NCBI GenBank assembly: GCA_964035545.1
Contig: OZ037770.1
Coordinates: 992,001-1,056,000, forward strand
From: Bugula neritina
Taxonomy: Eukaryota > Animalia > Bryozoa
Direction: 5' to 3'
Length of the DNA stretch: 64,000 nucleotides
Shown: positions 39,146 through 50,549 of the stretch, piece by piece
Numbering within the stretch: the first letter of the stretch is position 1
Layout of the letters: each line of letters begins with the position of its first letter
Notes under the pieces: generated by a model
The model's input: the letters and a program-made list of their open reading frames with translations, nothing else
What the model was told of the DNA's origin: nothing
The model's database searches: none
Program-made: the position numbers and the translations under genes

Positions 39146-41035
39146 TGGTAGTAGTAGTAGTAGTAGTAGTAGCAGTACTAGTAGTAGTAGTAGTAGTGGT
39201 AGTAGCAGTAGTACTAGTAGTAGTAGTAGTAGTAGTAGTACTAGTAGTAGTAGTACTAGTAATGGTAGTGGTAGTAGTAGTAGCAGTAGTAGCAGCAGTA
39301 GTAGTAGCAGCAGTAGTACTAGTAGTAGTAGTAGTAGTAGTAGTAGCAGTAGTAGTAGTAGTACTAGTAGTAGCGGTAGTAGTAGTAGCAGTAGTAGTAG
39401 TAGTAGTAGTAGCAGCAGTAGTAGTAGCAGCAGTAGTACTAGTAGTAGTAGTAGTAGTAGTAGCAGCAGTAGTAGTAGTAGTAGTAGTACTAGTAGTAGT
39501 AGTAGCAGTAGTAGTAGTAGTAGTAGTACTAGTAATGGTAGTGGTAGTAGTAGTAGCAGTAGTAGCAGCAGTAGTAGTAGCAGCAGTAGTACTAGTAGTA
39601 GTAGTAGTAGTAGTAGCAGTAGTAGTAGTAGTAGTAGTAGTACTAGTAGTGGTAGTAGTAGTAGTACTAGTAGTGGTAGTAGCAGTAGTACTAGTAGTAG
39701 TAGTAGTAGTAGTAGTAGTACTAGTAATGGTAGTGGTAGTAGTAGTAGCAGTAGTAGCAGCAGTAGTAGTAGCAGCAGTAGTACTAGTAGTAGTAGTAGT
39801 AGCAGTAGTAGTAGTAGTACTAGTAGTAGCGGTAGTAGTAGTAGCAGTAGTAGTAGTAGTAGTAGTACTAATAATAGTACTAGTCTTAGTAGCAGTAGTA
39901 GTACTAGTAGTAGTAGTAGTACAAGTAATAGTAGTGGTGGTGGTGGTAGTAGCAGTAGCAGTAGTAGTAGTATTAGTAGTAGTACACTATGTTAATAATA
40001 TTAGCTCTTATGTGAATCTTGTTACATAAAGAATTGCCTTCTTTTTTGTAACAAATTGCTTTGCTCTCTACAGACGGCGCCTGTGAAGATGTTGGAGAGA
40101 TCTCTGTTCAGTGCTCGGTACTGCTTTGTGGAGAATCTTCACAGAAGGTGAGTTTTTCTACCAACAGTTTGATATTCGCACTGCGTTTACCCTTTCTGCT
40201 GGAAAAATAATTTGTTTGTTTTGCTTTTAAGCGGGAAATTGGCGGACTTTGACTTCCAAGTTCTCAACGAATGGTATGATTGGATAATGGATAATCAGAA
40301 AGTAAACGTCGATTTGATTGGTTAGTATTTCCATACGTCTTACTTGGTTGGTTGATACTGTGAAAGTTTGTTTGAGTGCAGTTATGGTGAAAGCTGTAAC
40401 TCGATTGGTCACACCTGTTCTAAGCTGAGTTCTGATTGGTTCCTCCGTGTTTCTAGTATATCTGAGAAGCACCCCTGAGACTTGTCTAAACAGAATGATT
40501 AAACGGAGTCGAACTGAAGAAGCTGGTGTCCCCCTGGTGAGTAATATAGCATATTATATTACTCTGTTATCTCTTGTAATATTGTAATATATTATATTAC
40601 TCTGTTATCTCTTGTAATATTGTAATATATTATATTACTCTGTTATCTCTTGTAATATTGTAATATATTATATTACTCTGTTATCTCTTGTAATATTGTA
40701 ATATATTATATTACAATATTACTCTGTCTTTTCTTGTAATATTGTAATATATCATGTTATATTATTATTTAGGAATACCTCGAAAATCTACACGAGTTAC
40801 ATGAAGACTGGCTGATAAGGAAGAAGTTTGCTTATCCTACAGCCCCAGTTCTTATCATGGATGCCGATAAAGGTGCGGCACTCACTCTTCTCACTCCCCT
40901 TTGTTTCTTCTCTGCTTTCCTTCGTATCAGAAATTTGATTTCAAAATGGAGTTTTCTTCTTTCTCTGTAGAACTGGAGGCGTTCAAACAGGATATAGAAG
41001 AGCAAGCTCCTCAGATTCTCAACTGTCGACTGTAA
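30155..41035 (+). CDS. TK2: Deoxynucleoside kinase / thymidine kinase 2-like; exons 30155-30200 (or 31326-31440), 31844-31920, 32346-32477, 38827-38916, 40074-40147, 40232-40320, 40457-40536, 40773-40872, 40971-41035
   Basis: P-loop [74 protein letters not shown]. All exon phases are compatible. Confidence 0.92.
32887..38783 (+). mobile_element. BEL/Pao LTR retrotransposon, RT-less, in a TK2 intron
   Basis: 322-bp TG...CA LTRs at 32887-33208 and 38462-38783, apparently identical. 5-bp TSD GAGAT on both sides. Confidence 0.95.
33232..38232 (+). CDS. BEL/Pao polyprotein: Gag with Cys/His knuckles, aspartic protease, partial RNase H, integrase; no RT
   Basis: [11 protein letters not shown] (Gag), C-x2-C-x3-H-x4-C knuckles, [37 protein letters not shown]-x4-H..C-x2-[19 protein letters not shown]. 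The first ATG is at 33232; the listed ORF starts at a TTG inside the LTR. Confidence 0.92.
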   Translation: MDRQDIVNLKKQRTTLRSKVTMLTNLIESAISSSNSTQVECLRSQLESTYQEFLTIHYDFLEYVSSDESMEDIAYVNKMSPVEYYQAVKASYDKAISDCNTWHSKFYKIKHSLILAIRKANGLVTDCTDNTLITEHHRKCVALSESLADTIGFSDLLLELDEVILSLDYCMSKFTLMSRAQSQSMNFKHHESDPSVVRSGLAESGMGGGSPPDGASHASTMVASSRLFPPRSQPSTHEATLAPNPGITASGSDRQVLWEDHTSGEALASNPGVIASTNVRDVRSSTFSVRDLHGSPDRAAHSESLIRGATSSVVYAYDSYPNGTSQISYDSRHTGGNNFNSSIHKTHSQPKPFNGTRYHWPEFRSVWLRYATMFYDDVDRACELKKFLTGEALEMVQPIFATQPQAYERMMCRLEEVYNDPSMSVQAVFNNLQELKPVREGNARELVKMANAVESSYSQLGEVGLLQTVTLPQVDTLANLLPTSIRRDWDKHFHMLTHEERIKPFPHLMRFLEQERQIALRRIETVNPQSSSMHKQKVKMFHTESSGPKSSSNRSTNNSKIIDSENYCFIHRSERHCLVECRNFLALSVDERYKLIKTNSLCARCLGAHEPKRCPNFRTPCPVCDKTTHHVLLCIKSAETNTHTNCNTNKNKLKADQIQHKSNENSEASAVSTTVRVSPNHGAHNHPGNATVFAIQQAQVVGTTHTAIIFFDGGSNASFISERAAKAWGARRIDKVNLEMNTLGEHEVSETSTIYEVKLQTPKGRTFAILAYSLRKLTGAINRPLDANILGSLFPKVDTSKLLKKTGPIDLLIGNDLLGLHPKHQVDQAGPHLYVYSGPFGLCVQGSHPALSNFFTLPSSSFHVQATMTHEKLEEVESSQSIHDMLNSCDLDLSTVSSPAYSVNSPAASPSQFAKSFSRPQAIIDCGECCMIELADDSDPLQSPGDPVTESAEQTGSGQLNRSLEVNDSTSLSIEIERKYEFTSSTSITQLTSVSANERTESKVTAKGVNKATAKCRIGPIKQQLKIPQLDLNAVVLSKRGRRVIETEMRYEFEKVYQLIDSETVLKMLQKKSTRFHVYEGVRIGEIQGATNGDMSCWHWVSGKENTADWLTRGKPVNDIGPASEWWRGPNFLYLPENQWDIKSPSDSNELVFGEKKIVYTATTSTEVQSFIKYENFSSLKSLTWTIARVRNIFKYKSFKGIKPDLVTVADLRQTKLYLLKQVQRTIDSELNKIKGKYTRLHPIKTESGVWIVGSRLLRHNPMTAIKTHTQSILLTTHYFTYLAMRQAHTDSYHRGRDATLARFREEFWTMQGSKVARGIVTSCQMCRLKQPRFTDQLMGSVPTERLTTEPPFNNVMIDLFGPYIVRGEKQTRTSSKAYEVIFTDISSRAAHIEAVLGYDNDSFLLALTRFVNIRGWPSKIYSDPGTQLAGAEKELKDMWRRMDKGSIKKTSAKNGLQWEFGPGDSPWYQGAAESLIKAVKRCFTFSMSNRRLSPTEFLTICTEAANTLNERPLGLLPDSDSEINILTPNCQLIGRPFIKNPGNWNADYSLRGRLALVNTVSDDFWRKWTELYAPALIHHQKWHTPRRNFQVGDVVVVMDPNQLRNQYKLARVHQVYPSKDGVVRKVALFYKNYKVAGKLRDYVGCKDTIITRSVHRLVLLTEVNP
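38922..39985. repeat. ~1.06-kb imperfect (GTA)n microsatellite in a TK2 intron
   Basis: Seen directly, with GCA/CTA/GTG variant units. Confidence 0.98.
40551..40750. repeat. 38-bp intronic minisatellite (~5 copies)
   Basis: Unit atattatattactctgttatctcttgtaatattgtaat. Confidence 0.9.
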
Positions 41036-42252
41036 CTCGGTGTCTTCAGGGTGGACAACTTCTTATTACTCTGTTAATACAATATTGAGCAGACAATTCC
41101 TAGTACTCTGCTGATGCCATAGTGGGCAGACAACTTTTTCTGTAAATACCATGTTGAACAAACAACTCCCTATTAATCCGAGTGCTTGTAAATACCACCT
41201 TCAAACCATATATTTATACATTCATTCCTGCAGATTGCAAGGCCCCTCAGACCATATTGTACATATTCATACATTCATTCCTGTTTATACTGCCATTTTA
41301 TAGTTATTACTTTAGTTTTATTATGTCTTGTAATGAGTGCTAGTTTTCTAGTACCATTCTTATTTGAAGTTGTCTACTATTTTATATGATGAATATTCTA
41401 GGCCCTCTACCTTTTCTTTCTATTTCTATATCCAGTAGCTGGCTGTAAATATTAGAGAATTTATCATTCTCACTTATCCCCGCTTTGTCCTGTTCAGGTA
41501 GCGGGATTAGAGAATTTATCATTGCAATAATTATGTTTCAAACTTATTATGCAGCAATGTTGGCAGTACCTTTTATTTTTAATTGTTACTACAATGATCT
41601 TAGATAATAAAAGTTCGACTTTTATTTACTAATGAATAATGAAATGACCTTTAAAGTTAAAGTTAAATTTTTTTTCCAATCAATTGCACATTATTAAGAA
41701 TTCCGTAGGTAGTAGTGTGATTTAAAAATGAAATAATTTATAGCATGGTAGTGAGTAACCTCAGTCACTCCAGTACTGCTTTGAGTGGCAGACGATTTCT
41801 TCTAAACACGAGTTTATAGCAGCATTTCAATCAATATGGTGGCATATCCTGTTTGCATTTGACATACATCAAAATGCAAGGTTTTACATGTAAATTTATT
41901 AAACATAAATTAATTAAAAATAAAGGATAATTTCCATCTTGAGTAAAAATCAGCATTGTCTTTAAGGATGAAGAAATATATCGGTCTACTGGCCCTATAT
42001 GAGGATTTGATTAGTAAAAAAGAATAAATATAGTTTAAATTAAAACATCTAAAAATATTTATAGGTAAAATATAGAAACTAAAAAAGTGTGGAAATGTTA
42101 AAAATAATATGAGCCAAAAAGTAGGCAAAAGTTGCATTAAGCTGAAAAAACTGGCTTGAGAAGTAAAACTTGAAACCACTAGGTGGCAGTGGTTTCGACC
42201 GGCATTATTAGCCAATCAAATCGCCTGTTACAAGTTCCAGTCTGCTAATGAC

Positions 42253-43145
42253 TCATGCCTTTGTCTGGTTGGAATTTGCTGCCAACACAGCCTTAGGAAT
42301 GCTTGACTTAGACTTACATTTACCATCTGGCAGGAAATCAGAACACGCTATCAGACCCTTCGATATCTGATCAAATCTTTTCATTAGGTCGTAGTTTATC
42401 TACAAAGATGATTATTTAGTTCATTGTGTGAATAAAATAAAGAAGGGGCAACAGCTAAAAATTAAAAATTGAGAGAGATAAATATACAGAGACCTAAGGT
42501 TAACGGTTATATATTTTCTAAAAATAAAAACAAAGTTTCAATTAATACCACTTTTCCAAGTACCACTTTATAATTTTACTGAAATCGTTGAAATCATATA
42601 GATGCGAAAGATCACATTTTATTAGGGCAGTATGACTCACTTAATCGCTATTTAATGCCCTTTGAAACCTAATGAATCAGTAAAGTGTACAGCATAAAAG
42701 TTATAGTTGAGAAGAGTAGCTGTTATTATATACATGAAACTTTTATTTGACACCTTTGGAGTAATTCATCTAGTCGCCAAAGTGATATTTAAATACCGAT
42801 ATATGCAAGAGATTCATCATTCCCATTGATTATTAATCTGAAATCAGCTGATTAAGTTATCACAAGCCAAAGGCTTTGACGAGTAGTTTTTACAATGCAA
42901 TGCAACTTAGAGAAACTTCAACTCAGCCGAATCTAGTTTTAAATTGAAGATTGTGAAAGTGTAGATGCACCCTAAGAAATAAATAAATATACAGAGTTAG
43001 TTCAAAGGCTAAGAGATAAATATACAGAGGACTAAGACTATGTAGGTGTCACTTACCTCTTGAGAGACGACAGAATCCTTCTTGTAATCCGGGTGATTTG
43101 CTACGAAGTTCCGGATATACCTGCAGTTTACAATTTAGACTGTAA

Positions 43146-43201
<56 letters not shown>

Positions 43202-46200
43202 CCCAGCTTACCTAGCTGAAGTCTATATATAATATCCCAGCTTACCTAGCTGTAGTCTATATATAATATCCCAGCTTACCTAGCTGTAGTCTATATATAA
43301 TATCCCAGCTTACCTAGCTGTAGTCGGCAGTTTCCCAGAAGCCCGTTTACTTATAAGGTCAAGGTAGCGACTGACAGTACATCTAGTATCCACGTCTATT
43401 TCTATGTTGTCCATGTAGTCCAGTATAAAGGGTATGAGTCCAGTAAACTTGTCAGCGTGTCCATTTATTATCTCATCTATACTCAGTTCCTGTCATGTGA
43501 TACACACAACTGATTGAGTGACTCAAACTCACAATCAGTGAATATTCAAAGTGACACATCACCAGCTCAGTGAACAATTTAAGAGCTTTATAACCGGATG
43601 CAAAATGTTAATTTGATAATCATAAATTTCTCATAATGAATAGGTTGATTAGCACTGCACTTCAAGTAAATCGCATAATGAGAATGAATGCTCATATAGA
43701 TGAATTTATGTTTGCATGAACTTATGGTTGCGTTTTCATTCAATGCAATTGTTTCCAAACATCTAATGAAAGTCCATTCTCATAATTCGAAGCTTGGAAA
43801 CGCAGCGATAGTAGAAAACTCAATAAACTCCATTTTAAATCTAACAAATACATTCAAACCTAACTACAATGATGATTCTAATTGAAAGGTTTTAATTCAA
43901 TAAAGAAGACAACTTCTAGTTTCCAGGAAGACTGAGTCACCTGCAAGTAAGACTCAGAGCAAGGCTTCTGGTCAGAAGTAGAAGTTAGGGTGGTTTTTGA
44001 CGCGTCCCCGCTATTTATTGTGCTTGAAGAGCACTGACTCTTTTTAATACAAGCACTAGCATCGGGAGTGGAGCAGCTGATGGATACACTCTTACGGAAA
44101 TAAAATCTACAAGTGTAAGGGAGATAATTTACAAAACCACATAATATGATGGCTATGAGACATTGGAGGGGAAGCAGGAAATGACGGTCGAGAAAAGGGG
44201 TTTATAAAAGTTCTGCAAAGCAGCAGTTGTACTCATTTGAAACATAGATCATGGATTTGTATATCGATGCAAATGTTTAGATTCTTGCGATGTTTAACTT
44301 CTGTAACCAAGCTATAGCAAGAAGACAATTTCCCACCTCTCCGTAACCACAGCGTCTCTCTTCAGAGCTTTCTTTATATTCTCATCCACCTTTGATATGG
44401 GAATGAGCATGTTGAGATTGTAGGAGAGGATAACTCTAGTCAGCATCACCACAAACACAGTGAAGGCAGCATTTTCAAAGTCTGTCAGCTGACATTCGGT
44501 TGGTCTGAATTCCACTCGCCATCCGATCTGACTGTTGGCTGGTGGAGGTTTGAACCTGAGAAGGAGTTGTTAGAGTGAGTCAGTATGACTCAATGTGATT
44601 ATTACTATGATTCATACTGATTACTAGTATGAGTCACAGTACATGACTAAGAAAGAGCATGAGTCACTAAGATTTACATTAAAAGTCTTAGTTATATGAT
44701 TCACTAGAACTCAATGTGATTATTAGAATGACTTACAGTAATTGCCATCATGACTAATAGTACATGATTTTGAAAAAATATGAGGCCCTGAGACTTACAG
44801 TACAGCATTAGTCATAAGTATGAGTGAGTATGACTATAAATGATGTACACAACAAAATCTCCTCGATCTGTAATCAATATGACTCAAAGTTGATTATAGA
44901 ATGACTCACACTGATTGAGTTGCTGATTAGTAGTTGTTAGCATGACTCACACCGACTAATAGCATGATTCACAGTACTTGACTAGGAGCTACAATATAGT
45001 CGAATTCACAGCTTCATAATAATTCATTTAAGATTAAAAGTGGTTAGTATGAGTGAGTATGATTTATACTGACAAATAATATGAGGAGGTGATTAGTGAC
45101 ACTACTTGTATGTTTCACCCACACTCAGTGAGTCACACAGCAGACGTGAGTGAGTCATAACTATATGATCAGCAAGTATAACTTCTAGTAACTAACAATT
45201 TAACATGCGAGTATAACTGTGAGTGAGTGAGTCATAATTACCTCATAGTCTGCCAGTTAGTTGACTGAATATTCTCAAAATGATCCGTGTCAACCTCATC
45301 ATCACTCGTGAGTTTCTCTTTAAACAGAGAAATTGGATCTCGTATGAAGAGATGGGCAAAGTGCTTGGCTAGAAGATCGTCTACACCTCCTTTAATATTC
45401 AAGAGAAATCATTAGAAATAATCCAAGGAACTCAACTAAAACTTAGTAGTTAATACTTCTAGTTTAGGACCAAACAGTCGACGGCGTATTGCTGTTAACA
45501 ATTTTGCAAATGAAAAAAATTGTATATTTACTTTTAGTTATAAATGTTCAATTCAATCTAGAGTGATCAGAAAAAAAAATATAGAAAAGCAAATAAAATT
45601 TCCAACCATAAAAGAGAGTGTTCAACAGCACAAGAGAAAGTGAACACACCGTCACGTAATCGCTGGAATATCTCCTGGTCGTACACCAGAGGGATATCAT
45701 TATATTTACTCCCTTCAGTGGACAAGTAACTGTCTATTGAGTCGTATCGAGACTTATTTATCATAAATCTGTCAGTTTTAAGAGGCACCTCCCCCTTTTC
45801 TTCTGCGGTCCTGTCATCTACTGACGCTGAAATCACACTCCACCTGTAACGGAGTGAAAATATCTTTGATTTGAATCTGAATTTTATAACAACCTAAAAG
45901 TACATGTAGAACAATAATATATATATATCTTTCCAAGTATTACATATATTTAAGCTCATGATAACTCACGCAGGTTCATAATCACTATCCCTGTGAAAAA
46001 ACCCCTGGTGGAAGGGGTTTTCATTAAATCGCGCTAAGGACTTATTCAGATGGGGCACAGGAGCAATTACAACTGAATGCTCTTCATAACATCACCAATG
46101 ACCTTTGTCCAAGCTCGAACCCATGACTCCGTGCTTACTAGACAAACGCTCTAACCCTTAGACCAATGCTGCTCCCCTTTTTAGCTCATAATAATATGCA

Positions 46201-49200
46201 CTAAAGTAAAAAAATGACTTAGACATGTCAGTTGACTTATGTCACATATGAGTAATACACTATGACACATGACACAGGTGAGTAATACACTATGATACAT
46301 GCCACAGGTGAGTAATACACTATGACACATGATACAGGTGAGTAATACACTATGACACATGTCAGCAATGTAGTAAATATCACACTGCAGGAAGCACCTG
46401 ACACTCACCTGTGGTCAATGTCAGCAAGGTACCCTCTATATATAGGAGAAGCCGCACTAAGTGCCATTAGGATAGGAGTAAGAGGTGTCAGCTGGTCATA
46501 CAGGTGTCTTGCCTCTAGTAAATTACTTGCCTGAAACGTCACCTGAAGGCAGCTCATGCCCAACCCAAACCCTACTGTGTCCATGTAGATGTGATTGGGT
46601 CTATAATAGCCAATCAAATAACACATTTTGTTTGTACTTATAAGATATGATAGTTTTCCTACATTTTAACGCTGAGCAAGCCCGGACAAACGGCGAGTAA
46701 TGATGTAATGAGTAGTAGTGCAACAACTTAAAGGGCTAACTAAAATGATTAGTATGGATAGATATTAATGTTGACATCAATTTCAACCAACATTCACATA
46801 CAGAGGCTAAAACAGTCCATTTTAATTTCCTAACAATTTTCATTTACAGCAGGCACTATTCACTAGAATAGATTTTCCTGACTTCTTGGCAATGACACTC
46901 AATAAGTTCCTGCCAATGGCTATCACAAAACTGCAGAGTGTACTATACTTGTCAATCTGACAGAGAACTCTCGCAAGTTCAAAAAGGTCACACACACTTA
47001 CTTGGCATCAGCACTGCCCTCTGTTGGGAGATCCTCTATCCACGGCTGAGGGGTGTTTACATCCACAAATATCGGCACATTAATATCCACTTTCTTTCCT
47101 CTTCTCTCCCTGATGTTCCGAGTCAAATTCTTGAATCTTGGATGAGTATTGTTGACAGCTTCATCGGGCCAGAACAGCGACCTGTGAAAATGACCCACAA
47201 AATTACATAAAAGTACAGTCTTTGAAACTACTTTTTCAAATTTCTTTATTATAGTTGATCAAGTTCATTGTGACACATGTCACAGGTGATTAATACACTA
47301 TGACACATGTCACAGTAATACACTATGACACATGTCACAGGTGAGTAATACACTATGACACTGATGACAGGTGAGCAATCTATTGGTAGTTAGGATAAAT
47401 ATTTTTAGACCGATGTAAACCTACCTTGACATGCTCGATGTGGGTAAAGGAGATCTCTCAGGGTGAGTAAAAGACGGACAACCAAGTCTTGGGAACGAAG
47501 TAATAGACAACACAGTCTCATCAGAATGTTCCAGAAGAGAGTGAATGTGGTTCCTGCGTTTCTTCATATTATCTTCTACAGTATTGAAATGTGAGCTCAG
47601 GGCACCTGTTGAAATAGAGTAACATGTGATTGTTGTGGTTCTACAGCTGAAACGATATAAAGCCCAGGCTCATACATTTCTAGGGGACTTACATTTCACT
47701 ATCCAATGTATCCACTATGAAAGTTGAGACCAGTTTTAATACAAAATGCATCACCACTAGCATGCAGTTTTACAAAAATCTATACATACCAAAGGGCGTT
47801 CCAGGAATGCCCTCAATCATGTAACTAGCGTACTCATGGGCCCAGCTTACATCCTCACACCCCTAAAATATATACAAATTTCTTTTTTTAAGGAAAAATC
47901 AAAACTAGAATAACTATCTTGAACTTTCACGATAACTATGGCAACTGTAGTATACTAGTGTCCAAGCAAGAATAAGTTGTAAATATTATAAATTACAGAA
48001 ACTAATTTTTCTCCCACCAAAGTCAATTTGAACGAAAAATATGAAGTAATGAATTCTTCAACTCCACCCATTGCTGTGATTTTAGTAAAACTAAAAGGGG
48101 TTAAAAAGGGTCAAAAGTGATGTACCAGGAAAAAGTCTAAAAACTGAAAAAGAAACCTAGAAACTTATCTATTTATGTAAGTTGAACTTTTATGCATAGA
48201 AAATTGTAGCCACAAAGACTTTTTTCAAAAGATTTGAGCAGCAAAGAAATTATTTAAATAAACTGTTAAATTCATATAAACAGATGTAATATCCAATTGA
48301 AACATAAAAAAATCAATTTGAGTCTACAACTGCATCATTATGCACACTGACTAAAAACAAGGGAGGTCTAACCTCTCCCTTCTTTGCCAGTTCTGCTAAC
48401 TTCTCTAAGTAGTACTGAGCTTTCAAACACACTCGGGCCGTACGGTTAGCATCATCAAACTTTACAAAAGTGTACTCTATTTCATCTCCGAAGTAAAGAC
48501 AGTCATCGGTGCGGTCTGGAAGAGTTTAGTGTAAAACATATTTCACCATTTGTACAATATTTTCAAAAATACTCTTCAACTTTGATTTGGTATTTAGAAG
48601 TTTAAATAAAGAAGAAATAACTTGTGGCACAAAGATTTCATCGTATTAGATACTTCAATATTTGTATCTCTACTTCATCACCGAAGTAGAGACAGTCGTT
48701 AGTGTGGTTTAAAGAATAGTGTAGGGGGCTTACTTCATTGCAATACATAGTTCACCACATGTTCACCACATGTACAGCACAATGTAACCATGTTCCTTTA
48801 GCATAATGTTGACCAACTTAAAAGCTTTTGGTGCAAATGAATATTTACAAAGGCTTCTGCAACTTTGATTTTGATGTCTATATTCACTAGATCCCCGTGA
48901 TTCAAATTATGCAAATGGAGTTTTCATTTGACGCATGGGAACAGTGTATCCGAATGAAATCTCAACCATAAGTTAATGCAACTGCAAAAGCATTCTGATG
49001 AGCATCCCGTAAGAAAACATAGTGTTAGAAGTTTAAATAAAAAGAACTAATTTGCAGTACACAATCAATACTGTTGTGTTGAGTTCACCCAGCAATTCCC
49101 ATGGTGTAATGGTTAGCACGGCTGCTTGCAAGCCGGAGGTCTCACGTTTAAATTCCAGTAGGGGCAATTATTTTTCACAAGCTATTTTGGTCTCTAGCGA

Positions 49201-49600
49201 AGTGTAGTAGTACTCCAAGCCGGGGTTGAGAGGCCAGGAGAGCCTAATGACTGAAGGAGTAGTAGAGAAGCCAGTGGAGTTCTTGCGAACTGGGTGGGAT
49301 GTAGTGTTGAGTTTACCCATTAGTCCCCGTGGTGTAATGGTTAGCACGCCTGCTCGTAAGGTGTCAGGTTCGAATCTCAGTAGAGGCTATTATTTTTCAC
49401 AAATACAATGTGTGAGCATTAGTTAAATCAAAATTATATTATAAACCATGGAAAATTATAATTATAATTACATAAATATTTTGACCTTTATTTCTGTGAT
49501 AGAGGTGAATAAACTGTTCTATCCCATGATGTCTAACATGACTGGCATAATACTTGGTCTTCTCCCAGGAAAGAGAGGTGCCCACTGACAGCAGCCCCAT
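42253..49600 (-). CDS. GCLC: Glutamate-cysteine ligase catalytic subunit, copy 1 (multi-exon, apparently complete)
   Basis: [104 protein letters not shown], ending at TGA 42253. Confidence 0.93.
42498..42971. mobile_element. MITE of the same family as 9813-10261, in the last intron of GCLC copy 1
   Basis: Shared internal blocks (tcgttgaaatcata, gctattt.atgccctttg, ttttacaatgcaatg). Flanked by CTAA on both sides and absent from the paralogous intron of copy 2. Confidence 0.65.
43195..43325 (-). repeat. 34-bp minisatellite containing the exon end and 5' splice site (4 copies)
   Basis: Unit atatcccagcttacctagctgtagtctatatata. Confidence 0.92.
45960..46176 (-). mobile_element. tRNA-derived SINE (possibly with a Meta-like central domain)
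   Basis: Minus strand has A box TGGTCTAAGGG, B box GGTTCGAGC, then gaagagcattcagttgtaa. Absent from the paralogous intron of GCLC copy 2. Confidence 0.6.
46245..46365. repeat. 30-bp minisatellite (also at 47270-47375, 62131-62255 and 63160-63255)
   Basis: Unit gtcacaggtgagtaatacactatgacacat. Confidence 0.9.
49076..49402 (+). mobile_element. Two tandem tRNA-derived units (49076-49180, 49304-49402)
   Basis: Both read gtgttgagttYaccc...tggtgtaatggttagcacg...B-box-like...tatttttcacaa and are homologous to 24474-24565. Confidence 0.65.
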
Positions 49601-50549
49601 CTCAGGCAATAATTGTTGCTTCTATAGGCTACTGTAAGCGTACTACTGCAAATGAAATGTTGAAGGAATAGTCAAATACAAGGAGTGGTTTTGTTAGCAT
49701 TTAGACTAGTATAGTGACTAGAATCTTTCTAAGGGGGATGGTGATGGTACAAGCATGCTTTGAGCTAAGTACTACTCTATTAATATGCTTACACAGTGGG
49801 CGTAGCAATAGCATATTCATATTCATATTGACATCGTGATATTGACATTGATAGTCACATTGAATTTCAATTTGCTATATCAATATTTCAATGTCAATTT
49901 GCATAGTGACTGTGAGTGTGACACCGACAGACTGAGAGTGAGACTAACAGTAACAGTCATCTGTCACGAGTCAACAAAAATATAAAACGTCACATTATGA
50001 TTTATTTAAATGATTAAGTTAGTAGAAGCCCATTTTTATTTTTACACGTATTTCAGCTACTCATAGTCACACTGACACTGATGTTTACAAGTTTTAGCCA
50101 CTACAAATTCTACTACACATATTCATTTTAGTACTGCATACAAAATGAAAATGATCACAATCAAGGCAGTAATCCAGAAGCCTCTATAAAGCAGGATTAA
50201 GTTTCTGTTCAGTCAATACTGTAGTAAGGACGTAATGCGCGCGTCCCCCGTATTCCTTCAGCCTATCCAAGTGCGTCACGTGATAGGCCTCAGAGTAGTA
50301 GTTTTGCAGTAGAGAGAGCGTGCTAACTAAGCGAAGATGTAATCTCTAGTCGGTGTACGTGCTGTATCTTTTATATAATTAGTAGTAAATAAACTTGGAA
50401 GCTTTTACCTAAATACTTTATTGCTGTAGATAAATAGACATAATTACAAGCTAGGAACCCACGCATAGTAGTTACACAAATTACTACAGTGGTGGCAGCG
50501 GTGGGATTTCTAGCTACTGTATGAGAACAATGAGAAGTATTAGAACATC

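Noticed and set aside
38830-40029. 399-aa poly-Val ORF
   Set aside because: It is a TK2 exon reading through its donor (38917) into an intronic (GTA)n microsatellite.
41910-42215. Paired hydrophobic ORFs (also 58838-59164)
   Set aside because: AT-rich duplicated GCLC 3' flank. The frames are not conserved between copies.
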